Below are positions 17,625 through 29,533 of a stretch of 64,000 nucleotides of DNA, in pieces; position 1 is the first letter of the stretch; each line of letters begins with the position of its first letter. The translations under genes and the position numbers were made by a program. The notes beneath the pieces are model-generated. The model made no database searches. It saw only the letters and a list, made by a program, of their open reading frames with translations, and was not told the DNA's origin. Source of the stretch: Burkholderiales bacterium RIFCSPLOWO2_12_FULL_65_40 (GTDB taxonomy: Bacteria; Pseudomonadota; Gammaproteobacteria; Burkholderiales; Burkholderiaceae_C); the NCBI GenBank assembly GCA_001770955.1, contig MESL01000006.1, positions 31,726 to 95,725 of the forward strand, in the 5' to 3' direction.

Positions 17625-18935
17625 TCAGGATCTGGGCGGCTCGGCCACCAGCTCCCACTCGGCCAACTGCTCGTTGGTGGCGATCAGCCGGCCCACCAGC
17701 AGCTTGATGAAGGCCTTGTCGAAGCGCGACTGCAAGTCTTCCGACGCCTCGCGCAGTGCCGGGTTGCGGATCTTGAGAACCAGCACATCGGTTTCGGCCA
17801 CGGCCGTGGCCGTGCGAATTTTGTTGTCGGGGCGCAGGTAGGTCATCTCGCCCAAGGTGACGCCCGGCCCCAGGGTGCTCAAATGCCAGCCTTGGCGGCT
17901 CACAGCCACCTCGCCCTCGATGAGGATGCAGAACGAGTCGCCGGGCGTGTTCTCGCGCATCAGCACCGTGCCGCGCTCCAGGCGGCGCCACTTGCCCAGA
18001 CGCATCAGCTCCCACAGCACCACGTCGTGGAAATCAGCAAAAAACGGCAGCGCACGCAGCCGGGCGAAGCGCTCGGTCTCGGTGTCCTGCGAGCGCTGGC
18101 GCGGCAGGCTCTGGTTCAGCACCATGAGGGCGTCGCTCCAGTCCGTCCACGTGGGGTAGCGCTCTGCGGCAGGCTTGGCCAGCGCGCGCAGCAGCCAGCG
18201 GTCCAGCGCCTCGGGCAAGGCGGGCCGCAGCAGGCTGGGCGGCACGGGTTCGTCGTGGCCGATACGGTAGAGCGTGGCGAAGTCGGTGTCGCCGTCGAAC
18301 GGGCGGCGGCCGGTGAGCAGCTCGTACACCACCACGGCGAGCGAGAACATGTCGCTGTGGTGCGTGAGCGGCTCCTCGCGCACCTGCTCGGGCGACATGT
18401 ACGAGGGCGATCCCACCAGGCCGGCAAGCTGCGTGGCCTCGCTGCGCACGGCCAGTGCGGCGCCAAAATCCACCAGCTTCACCTCGCCGTCGTCGGTCAA
18501 CAAAATGTTGGCGGGCTTGATGTCGCGGTGCACCAGGCCCTGGCGCTGCGCGTGCTCCAGCGCGTGGCCGCACTTGAAGGCAATGTCGAGCACCTGGGCC
18601 ACGGGCAGCAGGTTATCGGCGCTGGCAAAGTCGGACAGCGGGCGGCCCTGCACGTATTCGAGCACCAGGTAGGGCGGCGTGGCCTCTTCGTCGGCGTCGA
18701 GCAGGCGCACGATGTGCGGGTGGCGCAGGCGCCCGGCCAGCGCGGCCTCGTTGCGCAGCAGACGGCGGTAGCGCTGGGCCTGCACCGGGTCGGCCAGCAG
18801 GTGCGCATGCATCTGCTTGATAGCCACGCGCCGGCCCCGAAAGCCGTCAAGCCCCAGGTACACCACGCCGCTGGCGCCGCGACCGATCTCGCGTTCGATG
18901 CGGTATTTGCCGATGCTGGCGGGCAGCTCAGCCAT
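17625..18935 (-). CDS. Hanks-type Ser/Thr protein kinase fused to a C-terminal cyclic-nucleotide-binding domain
   Basis: ATG at 18933-18935 lies 2 nt after the sbcB stop. Kinase motifs are GRGASGVVYLG, VAIK, HRDIKPANILL, DFG and SPSYMSPEQ. The C-terminus has the CNB fold signature FCILIEGEV...GEMTYL...IRTATAVA. Confidence 0.85.
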   Translation of the reverse strand: MAELPASIGKYRIEREIGRGASGVVYLGLDGFRGRRVAIKQMHAHLLADPVQAQRYRRLLRNEAALAGRLRHPHIVRLLDADEEATPPYLVLEYVQGRPLSDFASADNLLPVAQVLDIAFKCGHALEHAQRQGLVHRDIKPANILLTDDGEVKLVDFGAALAVRSEATQLAGLVGSPSYMSPEQVREEPLTHHSDMFSLAVVVYELLTGRRPFDGDTDFATLYRIGHDEPVPPSLLRPALPEALDRWLLRALAKPAAERYPTWTDWSDALMVLNQSLPRQRSQDTETERFARLRALPFFADFHDVVLWELMRLGKWRRLERGTVLMRENTPGDSFCILIEGEVAVSRQGWHLSTLGPGVTLGEMTYLRPDNKIRTATAVAETDVLVLKIRNPALREASEDLQSRFDKAFIKLLVGRLIATNEQLAEWELVAEPPRS

Positions 18936-18937
18936 GG

Positions 18938-20380
18938 TCAGTGCTCCGGAGCGATGGTCTCGGCCCAATCGTACAGCGCGCCCAGGATGGTTTCGGCGCG
19001 CTCGTCGGCGGTTTCGGAAAGCTGGTCGATCTCGGTGAACAGCTGGTCCACGGTGCGCACGCCCCCGGCCCCATCGAACAGGCAGGCGCGGCGGTGCGCT
19101 TCCCAGCGCTCGGCCTCCTCGGGCGTGAGCGTGGCCGGGAAGTTGCGCGCGCGGTAGCGCCAGAACAGTTCGTCCAGGCGCGGGTCGTCGAAGGCAGCGC
19201 GGCTGCGGGCGAGCTGCTCGCCGGTCATGCTGCGCAGGTCGTTGAGCCGGCGGCGGTCGTTGTTGCCGACGAAGCCGCCGTACAGGTCCTGCTCCACGTC
19301 GGGCGCGGGCTCTTGCGGGCGGGCGAACACGGCCGGCCAGATGGCGCTCATGTCGGGCAGCGCGCGCGCCACCTCGGCGTGTGCCGCCGCTTGGGCTAGG
19401 TCGATGCCCCAGCGCTGCGCCAGCGCGGGCGTGAGCGTGTTCACGTTGCCCACCACCATGGGCGACTTGTTCAGGTGCACCGTCTTGATGGGCAGGCGCG
19501 CGACGCCCTCGGGCAGGTCAGCCGAGCGCGTGAACATGCGCAGGCGCAGCGTTTCGGTGTCAAGCAGGGCGAGCTCGCGCGGGTCGTGCGCGAGGTCCCA
19601 GGCAATGATTTCGTTTTTGTTCGTGGGGTGGCTGGCCAGCGGCCACATCACGGCCAGGCAACCACGGTCGGCGCTGAACATGCCCGAGACATGCAGGAAG
19701 GGCCGCGCCGTCTGCGCCGTGGCGGGCAGGCGCAGCTCGGCGGCCACGCGGTCCTTTTTGTGCAGGCTGAAGGCGAAGTCGAACAGCCGGGGGTTGTGCT
19801 GGCGCAGCAGCCGCGCCAGGGCGATGGTGGCACGCACGTCCGACAGCGCATCGTGCGCGGCCTCGTGCTGCAGGCCGTTGGCCTGGGTCAGGTGCTCCAG
19901 CTTGAAGCTCTGCGTGCCGTCTTCCTTGGTGGGCCAGACAATGCCGTCGGGCCGCAGCGCATAGGCCAGGCGCACCACGTCGAGCAGGTCCCAGCGGCCG
20001 CACTGGTTCTGCCACTCGCGCGCATAGGGGTCGATGAGGTTGCGCCAGAACATGAAGCGCGTGATCTCATCGTCGAACCGGATGGTGTTGTAGCCCACGC
20101 CCACGGTGCCGGGCCGCGCCATCTCGGCCTCAATGCGGGCGGCAAACTCGCGCTCGGGCACGCCACGCTCCCATGCCACCTGCGGCGTGATGCCGGTGAT
20201 AAGACACGACTGCGGGTCGGGCAGGTAGTCATTCGCCGGCTTGCAATACAGCATGACCGGCTCGCCGATCTCGTTCAGCTCGGCATCGGTGCGGATGGCC
20301 GCAAACTGCGCCGGCCGGTCACGCCGCGTGTTCGCGCCAAAGGTTTCGTAGTCGTGCCAGAGGAAGGTGTGGGGTGACAT
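18938..20380 (-). CDS. sbcB: Exodeoxyribonuclease I
   Basis: The N-terminus FLWHDYETFG...RDRPAQFAAIRTD, the DnaQ-like exonuclease motifs and the 480-aa length all match ExoI. Confidence 0.9.
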   Translation of the reverse strand: MSPHTFLWHDYETFGANTRRDRPAQFAAIRTDAELNEIGEPVMLYCKPANDYLPDPQSCLITGITPQVAWERGVPEREFAARIEAEMARPGTVGVGYNTIRFDDEITRFMFWRNLIDPYAREWQNQCGRWDLLDVVRLAYALRPDGIVWPTKEDGTQSFKLEHLTQANGLQHEAAHDALSDVRATIALARLLRQHNPRLFDFAFSLHKKDRVAAELRLPATAQTARPFLHVSGMFSADRGCLAVMWPLASHPTNKNEIIAWDLAHDPRELALLDTETLRLRMFTRSADLPEGVARLPIKTVHLNKSPMVVGNVNTLTPALAQRWGIDLAQAAAHAEVARALPDMSAIWPAVFARPQEPAPDVEQDLYGGFVGNNDRRRLNDLRSMTGEQLARSRAAFDDPRLDELFWRYRARNFPATLTPEEAERWEAHRRACLFDGAGGVRTVDQLFTEIDQLSETADERAETILGALYDWAETIAPEH

Positions 20381-20454
20381 GCGCGGCGCGGGGGCTTGAA
20401 ACGGGGATGAAGGGAATGTAACCGGTGCGGGCGAGTCGTTGAAGAAGTATGAGT

Positions 20455-20509
20455 GTTTTAGGGCTGTAGCGCTTTACCAGCAAGCGCAAGTAGCTATTAT
20501 ATTAATAGC
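20455..20509 (+). repeat. AT-rich intergenic repeat, copy E
   Basis: gttttagggctgtagcgctttaccagcaagcgcaagtagctattatattaatagc lies in the divergent sbcB/GGDEF gap. Confidence 0.65.
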
Positions 20510-20638
20510 ATTTCGATCAACTGGCAGGGGCCGTTGGCTACCAAAGCCGTGGTCAGCACACGGCTCTGCACCTGGGTTAGCATTCGTAACAGCCCTTCCC
20601 CCCAGACCCGAACAGCCTCTTTTCTCCCACCCCAATTC

Positions 20639-21844
20639 ATGGTTGCAACCGTCATCGTCGGCATGCTGTGCGTGCATTTGCTGTGCTTTGGCGGAATGTT
20701 CCTGCTGATCGGCGCGCGCTTGCAGGGCAAGAAGCTGGGCATGGATGCTTTCGCTGTCGGCAACCTGCTGCTGGGCTCGGCCTACGTGCTGCAACTGCTG
20801 GGCGGACCGCCAGGGTGGAACCTGATGAGCGTGGTCAACCACACGCTGACCCTCTGCGCGCCAGCCGTTTACTGGGTGGGCGCCATGCGCTTTTTCGACC
20901 GGCCTGCGCCACTGTGGCGACCGCTGATCGCGCTGGCACTGGCTTACTCTGCCTTGCAGGTGCTGGTGCAATGGACGATGGGGCCGGTGGCCCGCTATGC
21001 CATGCTGTCGGGCCTGTCGGCGCTGGCTTTTCTGGCCATGGTGGTCACCGTCATCTACGGCGTGCGGTCCTTTGCCAAAGACCTGCGGGTCGAAATGGTG
21101 CTGTTCGCCATCCTGATCGGTGGCATTTGCGCGCTGAACGCCGCCAAATTGGTGAACGTGCTGTCCGGCGGGCTGGCGGCACTGGACATGGGCAACCGTT
21201 TCCAGATGGTGTTCTATATCTACATGTCCTTCCTGGCGACCGTGCTGGCGCCTTCCATCATCTGGCTGGTGCTGCGCCGCCTGACGGACGATCTGCGCGC
21301 CATGGCGGCACGCGACCCACTGACGCAGTTGTTGAACCGGCGCGGCCTGACCGAGGGCCTGGAAGCGCATTTCCGTTCGCGCAACGCAGGGCCTGTGCAC
21401 CTGTTGGTGGTCGATATCGACCATTTCAAGCGCATCAATGACACCTGGGGTCACGAGGTGGGCGATACCGTGCTGCGCCACGTCGCCGATGTGTTGCGCG
21501 AAGCCGCGCGCAAGGGGGACCTGGCCTGTCGCGTGGGCGGCGAGGAATTCGTCATCGTCTGCCGGGACACGGACAGCGCGGGCGCGATGCGCCTGGCAGA
21601 ACGGATGCGCGCAGCGATCGAGCAGCACGCCGTGCCCACCGGTGGCGGCCGTGACCCCATCCGGTGCACCGCGACCATCGGGGTATCGCACGGCTTCATC
21701 AGCGGGCACGGGTTCGACCGCGCCATGCAGGAGGCCGATGCCGCCCTGTACCAAGGCAAAGCCGCCGGGCGCAACCGGGTGGTACAGAGCACCGAAAGCG
21801 CGCCTGCAGCAACACGGGCCAAGGGAAGCCTGTCCATGGCCTGA
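20639..21844 (+). CDS. Membrane-anchored diguanylate cyclase (GGDEF domain, I-site present)
   Basis: The track ORF starts at TTG 20534, so I took the ATG at 20639 (MVATVIVGML...) and the start remains uncertain. The N-terminus is multi-TM, followed by DHFKRINDTWGH and RKGDLACRVGGEEF. Confidence 0.8.
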   Translation: MVATVIVGMLCVHLLCFGGMFLLIGARLQGKKLGMDAFAVGNLLLGSAYVLQLLGGPPGWNLMSVVNHTLTLCAPAVYWVGAMRFFDRPAPLWRPLIALALAYSALQVLVQWTMGPVARYAMLSGLSALAFLAMVVTVIYGVRSFAKDLRVEMVLFAILIGGICALNAAKLVNVLSGGLAALDMGNRFQMVFYIYMSFLATVLAPSIIWLVLRRLTDDLRAMAARDPLTQLLNRRGLTEGLEAHFRSRNAGPVHLLVVDIDHFKRINDTWGHEVGDTVLRHVADVLREAARKGDLACRVGGEEFVIVCRDTDSAGAMRLAERMRAAIEQHAVPTGGGRDPIRCTATIGVSHGFISGHGFDRAMQEADAALYQGKAAGRNRVVQSTESAPAATRAKGSLSMA

Positions 21845-21907
21845 TTTTTGTTATTTTTAGGCTCTAGCCCTTTACCAGCAAGCGCAAGCAGCTACAAACA
21901 CAATAGC
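21845..21907 (+). repeat. AT-rich intergenic repeat, copy F
   Basis: tttttgttatttttaggctctagccctttaccagcaagcgcaagcagctacaaacacaatagc begins immediately after the GGDEF stop. Confidence 0.6.
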
Positions 21908-21940
21908 AAATCAGCCCAGGAACGCTCACAGCAATCCATC

Positions 21941-21977
21941 AAAAACGGCCCGCAGAGCCATTGCGCTCTGCGGGCCG
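21941..21977 (-). terminator. Intrinsic terminator of clpA
   Basis: A 13-bp perfect stem cggcccgcagagc/gctctgcgggccg (21946-21958 and 21965-21977) is followed on the minus strand by a short T run (GTTTTTG). It lies about 30 nt downstream of the clpA stop. Confidence 0.75.
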
Positions 21978-22006
21978 TTGTCGGCACGAAGCAATCAAGC
22001 CTGCGC

Positions 22007-24358
<2,352 letters not shown>

Positions 24359-24415
24359 GTGAACTCCTTTGTGCTTGCAGGGTGGGGATAACAGTAAATC
24401 GGGGCGGAGCAGCGT

Positions 24416-24784
24416 TTATTCAACGGGCTCGGAAATACATTGCAGAGGATGCCCGGCCTGGTGGGCCGCGTCGAGCACCTGATCGACCTTGGTGGCGGCG
24501 ATGTCGCGCGAATAGACGCCGCACACGCCTTTGCCGTCAAGGTGGATCTTGAGCATGATCTGGGTGGCCGTTTCGCGGTCTTTGCTGAAAAACTCCTGCA
24601 ACACCACGATGACGAACTCCATCGGCGTGTAGTCGTCGTTGAGCATCAGCACCTGGTACATCTGCGGTGGCTTGGCCTTCTGGGCACGCCGCTCCAGCAC
24701 GACCGAACCGCCGTCATCCGGCGCCGGCCGGTGCACGGCGGGCGCGGGGGGGGAAGAAGGTGGTTTTGTTGCCATGATTTTCAT
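24416..24784 (-). CDS. clpS: ATP-dependent Clp protease adaptor ClpS
   Basis: [28 protein letters not shown]...[19 protein letters not shown] is the ClpS core. The start is ATG at 24784, with ATG at 24775 as an alternative. Confidence 0.85.
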   Translation of the reverse strand: MKIMATKPPSSPPAPAVHRPAPDDGGSVVLERRAQKAKPPQMYQVLMLNDDYTPMEFVIVVLQEFFSKDRETATQIMLKIHLDGKGVCGVYSRDIAATKVDQVLDAAHQAGHPLQCISEPVE

Positions 24785-24865
24785 TCTAGCGACCCGCGGA
24801 TGCGGCTGCATGCCCCTGGAAATTGACCACGGGTTCGGCAGTTTCAAACGGTCGCAAGCCCGTCT

Positions 24866-27800
24866 TCATTCATACACCACTACGGCGTCGCCACCGGCCG
24901 CCTCGGCACGCCAGGCGGCCAGAGAGGCGTCGCTGGGGTAGGTGCGGTGCGCGTCGCCCAGTTGCAGCTCGGCGCTGGCAGCTTCCTGCCCATCCGTGCA
25001 GCGCACACCCAGGCGCACACGCAGGCCGTGCTGCAGCTCGCCGTGTTCCGTGGTTTCACGCCGGGCGGCAAACTCGCGCAGCAGCCTCGCCACTTCCGGG
25101 GGTTTGTCCCCCACCGCCACACGCAGGTATTTGCCAAACCGGCAGCGCGCGGTGGGCAGGTCCATGACCTGCTGCACGATGAAGCGCGCCTCGAAACCGT
25201 TGCGCCCGGGCTGCAGGCGCCCGCTGACGATGACCAGTTCATCGTCCTTGAGTTGATCGCGGTGCGCCTGCATGACGGCGTCCGTGGCCGAGGCCTCCAC
25301 GCGTGCCGAGGTGTCGTCGATCACGAAAATGCCCTGCCTGCCGCGCATGCCGTTGACCACGCGGAAATCGCTCATGATGCCGGCGATGGTCTGCGTCTCG
25401 CGCGTGTCCACCAGGTCGGCCACACGCGTGCGCACGAAGCGGCCCACCTCGCGGGCGGACTCGTCGAACAGGTGGCCCGAGAGAAAGAAGCCCAGCGCCG
25501 TCTTCTCGTGCGTCAGGCGTTCGCGCACACCCCAGGGTGGCACGTCCACCAGATCGGGCTCCTGCGTGCTGGAGCCGTGGGTATCGTCGCCCATCATGTC
25601 GAACAGGCCCCCCTGGTTGACATTGGCCAGTGTTGCGGTCGCGAAATCGAATGCGCGGTCGAGTGATGCCGAAAGCGCCGCGCGGTGCTGGTTGAGCGCA
25701 TCGAAGGCCCCGGCCTTGATGAGCGCGTCCACGGTGCGCTTGTTGATCTTGCTGCGATCCACGCGCACGCAGAAGTCGAACAGGCTGGTGAACGGCCCCC
25801 GGGTGCCGCCCTGGGGCCCTTCGCCCCGGCCCTCGCGCGCGGCGACGATGGCCTCGATGGCCTGCTGACCCGTGCCCTTGACGGCGCCCAGGCCGTATCG
25901 AATGACCTTGTCGGTCACCGGCTCGAAACGGTAGCGGCCCCGGTTGATGTCGGGCGCCTCGAAATCCATGCCGAAGTTCTTTTTGGCATCCTCGAACAAC
26001 ACCTTGAGCTTGTCGGTGTCGTCCATTTCCACGGTCATGTTGGCGCAGAAGAACTCGGCCGTGTAGTGCACCTTGAGCCAGCCCGTGTGGTAGGCCAGCA
26101 GCGAGTAGGCTGCGGCGTGCGACTTGTTGAAGCCGTAGCCCGCGAACTTCTCCATCAGGTCGAACACCTCGTCGGCCTTCTCCTGGCTGATGCCCTTCTC
26201 CGCCGCGCCCTTGCGGAAAATGGCGCGGTGCTCGGCCATCTCCTCGGCCTTCTTCTTGCCCATCGCGCGGCGCAGCATGTCGGCGCCGCCCAGGCTGTAG
26301 CCGCCGAGCACCTGGGCGGTCTGCATCACCTGCTCCTGGTAGACCATGATGCCGTAGGTCTCGGCCAGCACGGGCTCGACCAGCGGGTGCGGGTACTCCA
26401 CCACCTCCTTGCCGTGCTTGCGGTTCACAAAGCTCGGGATCAGGTCCATCGGGCCCGGCCGGTAGAGCGCGTTGAGGGCGATCAGGTCTTCGAGGCGGCT
26501 GGGACGCGCCTCTTTCAGCATGCCCTGCATGCCGCGCGATTCAAACTGGAATACGGCTTCGGTCTTGCCGTCCGAGAAGAGCTGGTAGGTGGCCCGGTCA
26601 TCGAGCGGGATGGTCTCGAAAGTAAAGTTCTCCTGCCCCTTGTGCCGCTGGACGATGAATTCCTTGGCAATCTCCAGAATGGTGAGCGTGGCCAGACCCA
26701 GAAAGTCGAACTTGACCAGGCCGATGGCCTCCACATCGTCCTTGTCGTACTGGCTCACGGCCGATTCGCTGCCGGGCTGCTGGTAGAGCGGGCAAAAATC
26801 GGTGAGCTTGCCCGGCGCAATCAGCACGCCGCCCGCGTGCATGCCGATGTTGCGCGTCATGCCTTCGAGCTTTTGCGCCATCTCGATGACGGTGCGCACG
26901 TCTTCTTCCTTGCGCACGCGCTCGTAGAGCATCGGTTCAAGCTCCAGCGCGTAGTTGTTCTTGTCGCCGTCCTTTTTCGGTTCGGGCGGATACTGCAGCG
27001 TGTACGACATGCCCGGCTTGGCGGGCACCAGCTTGGAGATGCCGTCACAGAAGGTGTAGCTCAGGTCCATCACCCGGCCCACGTCGCGGATGGCGGCCTT
27101 GGCGGCCATGGTGCCGAAGGTTGCAATCTGGCTGACGGCGTTTTTGCCGTATTTGTCCTTCACGTAGTCGATCACCCGGTCGCGGTTGGCCTGGCAGAAG
27201 TCGATGTCGAAGTCGGGCATGGACACCCGTTCGGGGTTCAGGAAGCGCTCGAACAGCAGGTTGTATTGCAGCGGGTCCAGATCGGTGATCTTGAGCGCAT
27301 AGGCCACCAGCGAGCCCGCACCGGAACCCCGCCCCGGCCCCACCGGACAGCCATTGTTCTTGGCCCACTGGATGAAGTCACCCACGATGAGGAAGTAGCC
27401 CGGAAAACCCATCTTGAGGATGGTGCCCAGCTCGAACTCCAGCCGCTCCACATAACGCGGGCGCTGCCGGTCGCGCTCGGCCGCATCCGGATACAACAGC
27501 TCCAGCCGCTCTTCCAGCCCCTCGAAGGAAGCCACGCGAAAGTATTCCTCGATCGGCATGCCGCCGGGCGTCGGAAAGTCGGGCAATTGCGGCTTGCCCA
27601 GCACCAGCGTGAGATTGCAGCGCCGCGCGATTTCCACGGTATTGGCCACAGCCGAGGGCAGGTCGGCAAACAAGGCCTCCATCTGCGCAGCCGACTTGAA
27701 GTACTGCTCGCGCGTGAAACGGCGAACACGGCGCGGGTTGCCGAGAATCTCGCCCTCGGCAATGCACACACGCGCCTCGTGTGCTTCGTAGTCGTCCTCG

Positions 27801-28402
27801 GTGGCAAACTGCACCGGGTGCGTGGCCACCACGGGCAGATTCAGGCGGGCGGCCAGCTGCACCGCAGCCACCACATGGGCCTCGTCGTCGGGCCGGCCTG
27901 CGCGCTGGATTTCTAGGTAGAAACGGTGCGGAAACAGGCCCGCCAGCCGCAGCGCCTGGTGGGATGCGCCGGCTTCGTCCCCCCGCAGCAGCGCCTGGCC
28001 CACCGGGCCGGCCTGAGCACCCGACAGCGCGATCAGGCCCTCACCCAATTCCTCCAGCCAGGCCCAGGTGCACACGGCCTGCGCCTTGCCCACGTTGCGC
28101 GTCCAGGCGCGCGCCAGCAGCTCCGACAGGTTCAGATAGCCTTGCGACCCCTGCACGAGCAGGACCATGCGCGAAGGCGCAGCCGACCCCTCGCCCTCCA
28201 GCAGGATCTCGGCCCCCAGGATGGGCTGGACGCCCTTGCCACGTGCCGCCTTGTAGAACTTGACGGCGCCAAACAGGTTGTTGAAATCGGTGATGGCCAG
28301 CGCGGGCTGGCGATCGGCGGCGGCCGTAGCGACCACCTCGTCAATGCGGTTGGTGCCGTCAACGACAGAAAACTCGGTGTGCAGGCGCAGGTGAACAAAC
28401 AT
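24866..28402 (-). CDS. dnaE: DNA polymerase III subunit alpha
   Basis: The 1178-aa protein has the N-terminal PHP motif MFVHLRLHTEFSVVDG, followed by polymerase core and OB-fold regions. Confidence 0.95.
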   Translation of the reverse strand: MFVHLRLHTEFSVVDGTNRIDEVVATAAADRQPALAITDFNNLFGAVKFYKAARGKGVQPILGAEILLEGEGSAAPSRMVLLVQGSQGYLNLSELLARAWTRNVGKAQAVCTWAWLEELGEGLIALSGAQAGPVGQALLRGDEAGASHQALRLAGLFPHRFYLEIQRAGRPDDEAHVVAAVQLAARLNLPVVATHPVQFATEDDYEAHEARVCIAEGEILGNPRRVRRFTREQYFKSAAQMEALFADLPSAVANTVEIARRCNLTLVLGKPQLPDFPTPGGMPIEEYFRVASFEGLEERLELLYPDAAERDRQRPRYVERLEFELGTILKMGFPGYFLIVGDFIQWAKNNGCPVGPGRGSGAGSLVAYALKITDLDPLQYNLLFERFLNPERVSMPDFDIDFCQANRDRVIDYVKDKYGKNAVSQIATFGTMAAKAAIRDVGRVMDLSYTFCDGISKLVPAKPGMSYTLQYPPEPKKDGDKNNYALELEPMLYERVRKEEDVRTVIEMAQKLEGMTRNIGMHAGGVLIAPGKLTDFCPLYQQPGSESAVSQYDKDDVEAIGLVKFDFLGLATLTILEIAKEFIVQRHKGQENFTFETIPLDDRATYQLFSDGKTEAVFQFESRGMQGMLKEARPSRLEDLIALNALYRPGPMDLIPSFVNRKHGKEVVEYPHPLVEPVLAETYGIMVYQEQVMQTAQVLGGYSLGGADMLRRAMGKKKAEEMAEHRAIFRKGAAEKGISQEKADEVFDLMEKFAGYGFNKSHAAAYSLLAYHTGWLKVHYTAEFFCANMTVEMDDTDKLKVLFEDAKKNFGMDFEAPDINRGRYRFEPVTDKVIRYGLGAVKGTGQQAIEAIVAAREGRGEGPQGGTRGPFTSLFDFCVRVDRSKINKRTVDALIKAGAFDALNQHRAALSASLDRAFDFATATLANVNQGGLFDMMGDDTHGSSTQEPDLVDVPPWGVRERLTHEKTALGFFLSGHLFDESAREVGRFVRTRVADLVDTRETQTIAGIMSDFRVVNGMRGRQGIFVIDDTSARVEASATDAVMQAHRDQLKDDELVIVSGRLQPGRNGFEARFIVQQVMDLPTARCRFGKYLRVAVGDKPPEVARLLREFAARRETTEHGELQHGLRVRLGVRCTDGQEAASAELQLGDAHRTYPSDASLAAWRAEAAGGDAVVVYE

Positions 28403-28702
28403 GACTGCATTGTAGAAAGCCCATCACCTGCCGTTGGCTCAGAAGGTGTGAATGAATCCGGCGTGACCGAGCAGGCCGCCAAAACGCGGCCGATCAAGGC
28501 GCACAGCGCAGCCATGGCGCGGGCCATGGCGAGCATTTGCAACGATGAGCGGGTGTGTTTTGGCGGAATGAGCGGGCATGGTGGGTTGGTTCACACCTTC
28601 TCAGTGCCCCGACATGCCGGGCACGCCCCCGGGCACGCGCCGGTACAATGGTCAGCCCTGCCTTGCCAGCCGCTCCCTTGGTGGCGGTCACCCGAGACAT
28701 CC

Positions 28703-29533
28703 ATGCCTTTTTTTGCCAGAAAGCTGCCTGCCATGTTGCGTGCACCCTTTGCAACCCTCCCGGCCCTGCTGGTGGCCAGCCTGCTCGTGGCCGGCTGTTC
28801 CAGCACGCCGGATGATCCGACCGCGAACTGGACCACCGACCGCATTTACACCGAGGCACGCGACGAACTCAACAGCGGCGGCTACGACAAGGCGGTGCCC
28901 TTGCTTGAAAAGCTTGAAGGCCGGGCTGCGGGCACGCCGCTGGCACAGCAGGCCCAGTTGGACAAGGCCTATGCCCAGTACAAAGGTGGCGAGAAAGCGC
29001 AGGCCATGGCCACGCTGGACCGATTCATGAAGCTGCACCCGGCCAGCCCGGCACTGGACTACGCGCTGTATCTCAAGGGGCTGGTGAACTTCAACGACAA
29101 CCTAGGCATGTTCTCTTGGCTGTCACAACAGGATCTGTCAGAGCGCGACCAGAAGGCCGCCAAGGATTCTTTTGAAGCCTTCCGCGAGCTGAGCACGCGC
29201 TTCCCCGAATCGCGCTACACGCAGGACGCACGCCTGCGCATGACGTACATCGTCAACTCGCTGGCCCAGTATGAAGTGCATGTGGCGCGCTACTACTTCC
29301 AGCGCGGCGCCTACGTGGCAGCCATTGGCCGCGCACAAAGCGCCCTGGCCGACTACCAGGCCGTGCCCGCCCTCGAAGAAGCGCTGTACATCCTGATCCA
29401 GTCTTACGACGCGCTGGGCCTGACGCAGTTGCGCGACGACGCCCGCCGGGTCATGGAAGCCAGCTACCCGCAGAGCACGTTCATGACGCACGGACTCAAG
29501 GGCAAGAGCGATCCGTGGTGGAAGTTCTGGTAA
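28703..29533 (+). CDS. bamD: Outer-membrane protein assembly factor BamD (lipoprotein, TPR)
   Basis: I trimmed the 535-aa track ORF to the in-frame ATG at 28703. The protein has a signal peptide with lipobox LLVAGCSS and the TPR-like content typical of BamD/YfiO. Confidence 0.85.
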   Translation: MPFFARKLPAMLRAPFATLPALLVASLLVAGCSSTPDDPTANWTTDRIYTEARDELNSGGYDKAVPLLEKLEGRAAGTPLAQQAQLDKAYAQYKGGEKAQAMATLDRFMKLHPASPALDYALYLKGLVNFNDNLGMFSWLSQQDLSERDQKAAKDSFEAFRELSTRFPESRYTQDARLRMTYIVNSLAQYEVHVARYYFQRGAYVAAIGRAQSALADYQAVPALEEALYILIQSYDALGLTQLRDDARRVMEASYPQSTFMTHGLKGKSDPWWKFW

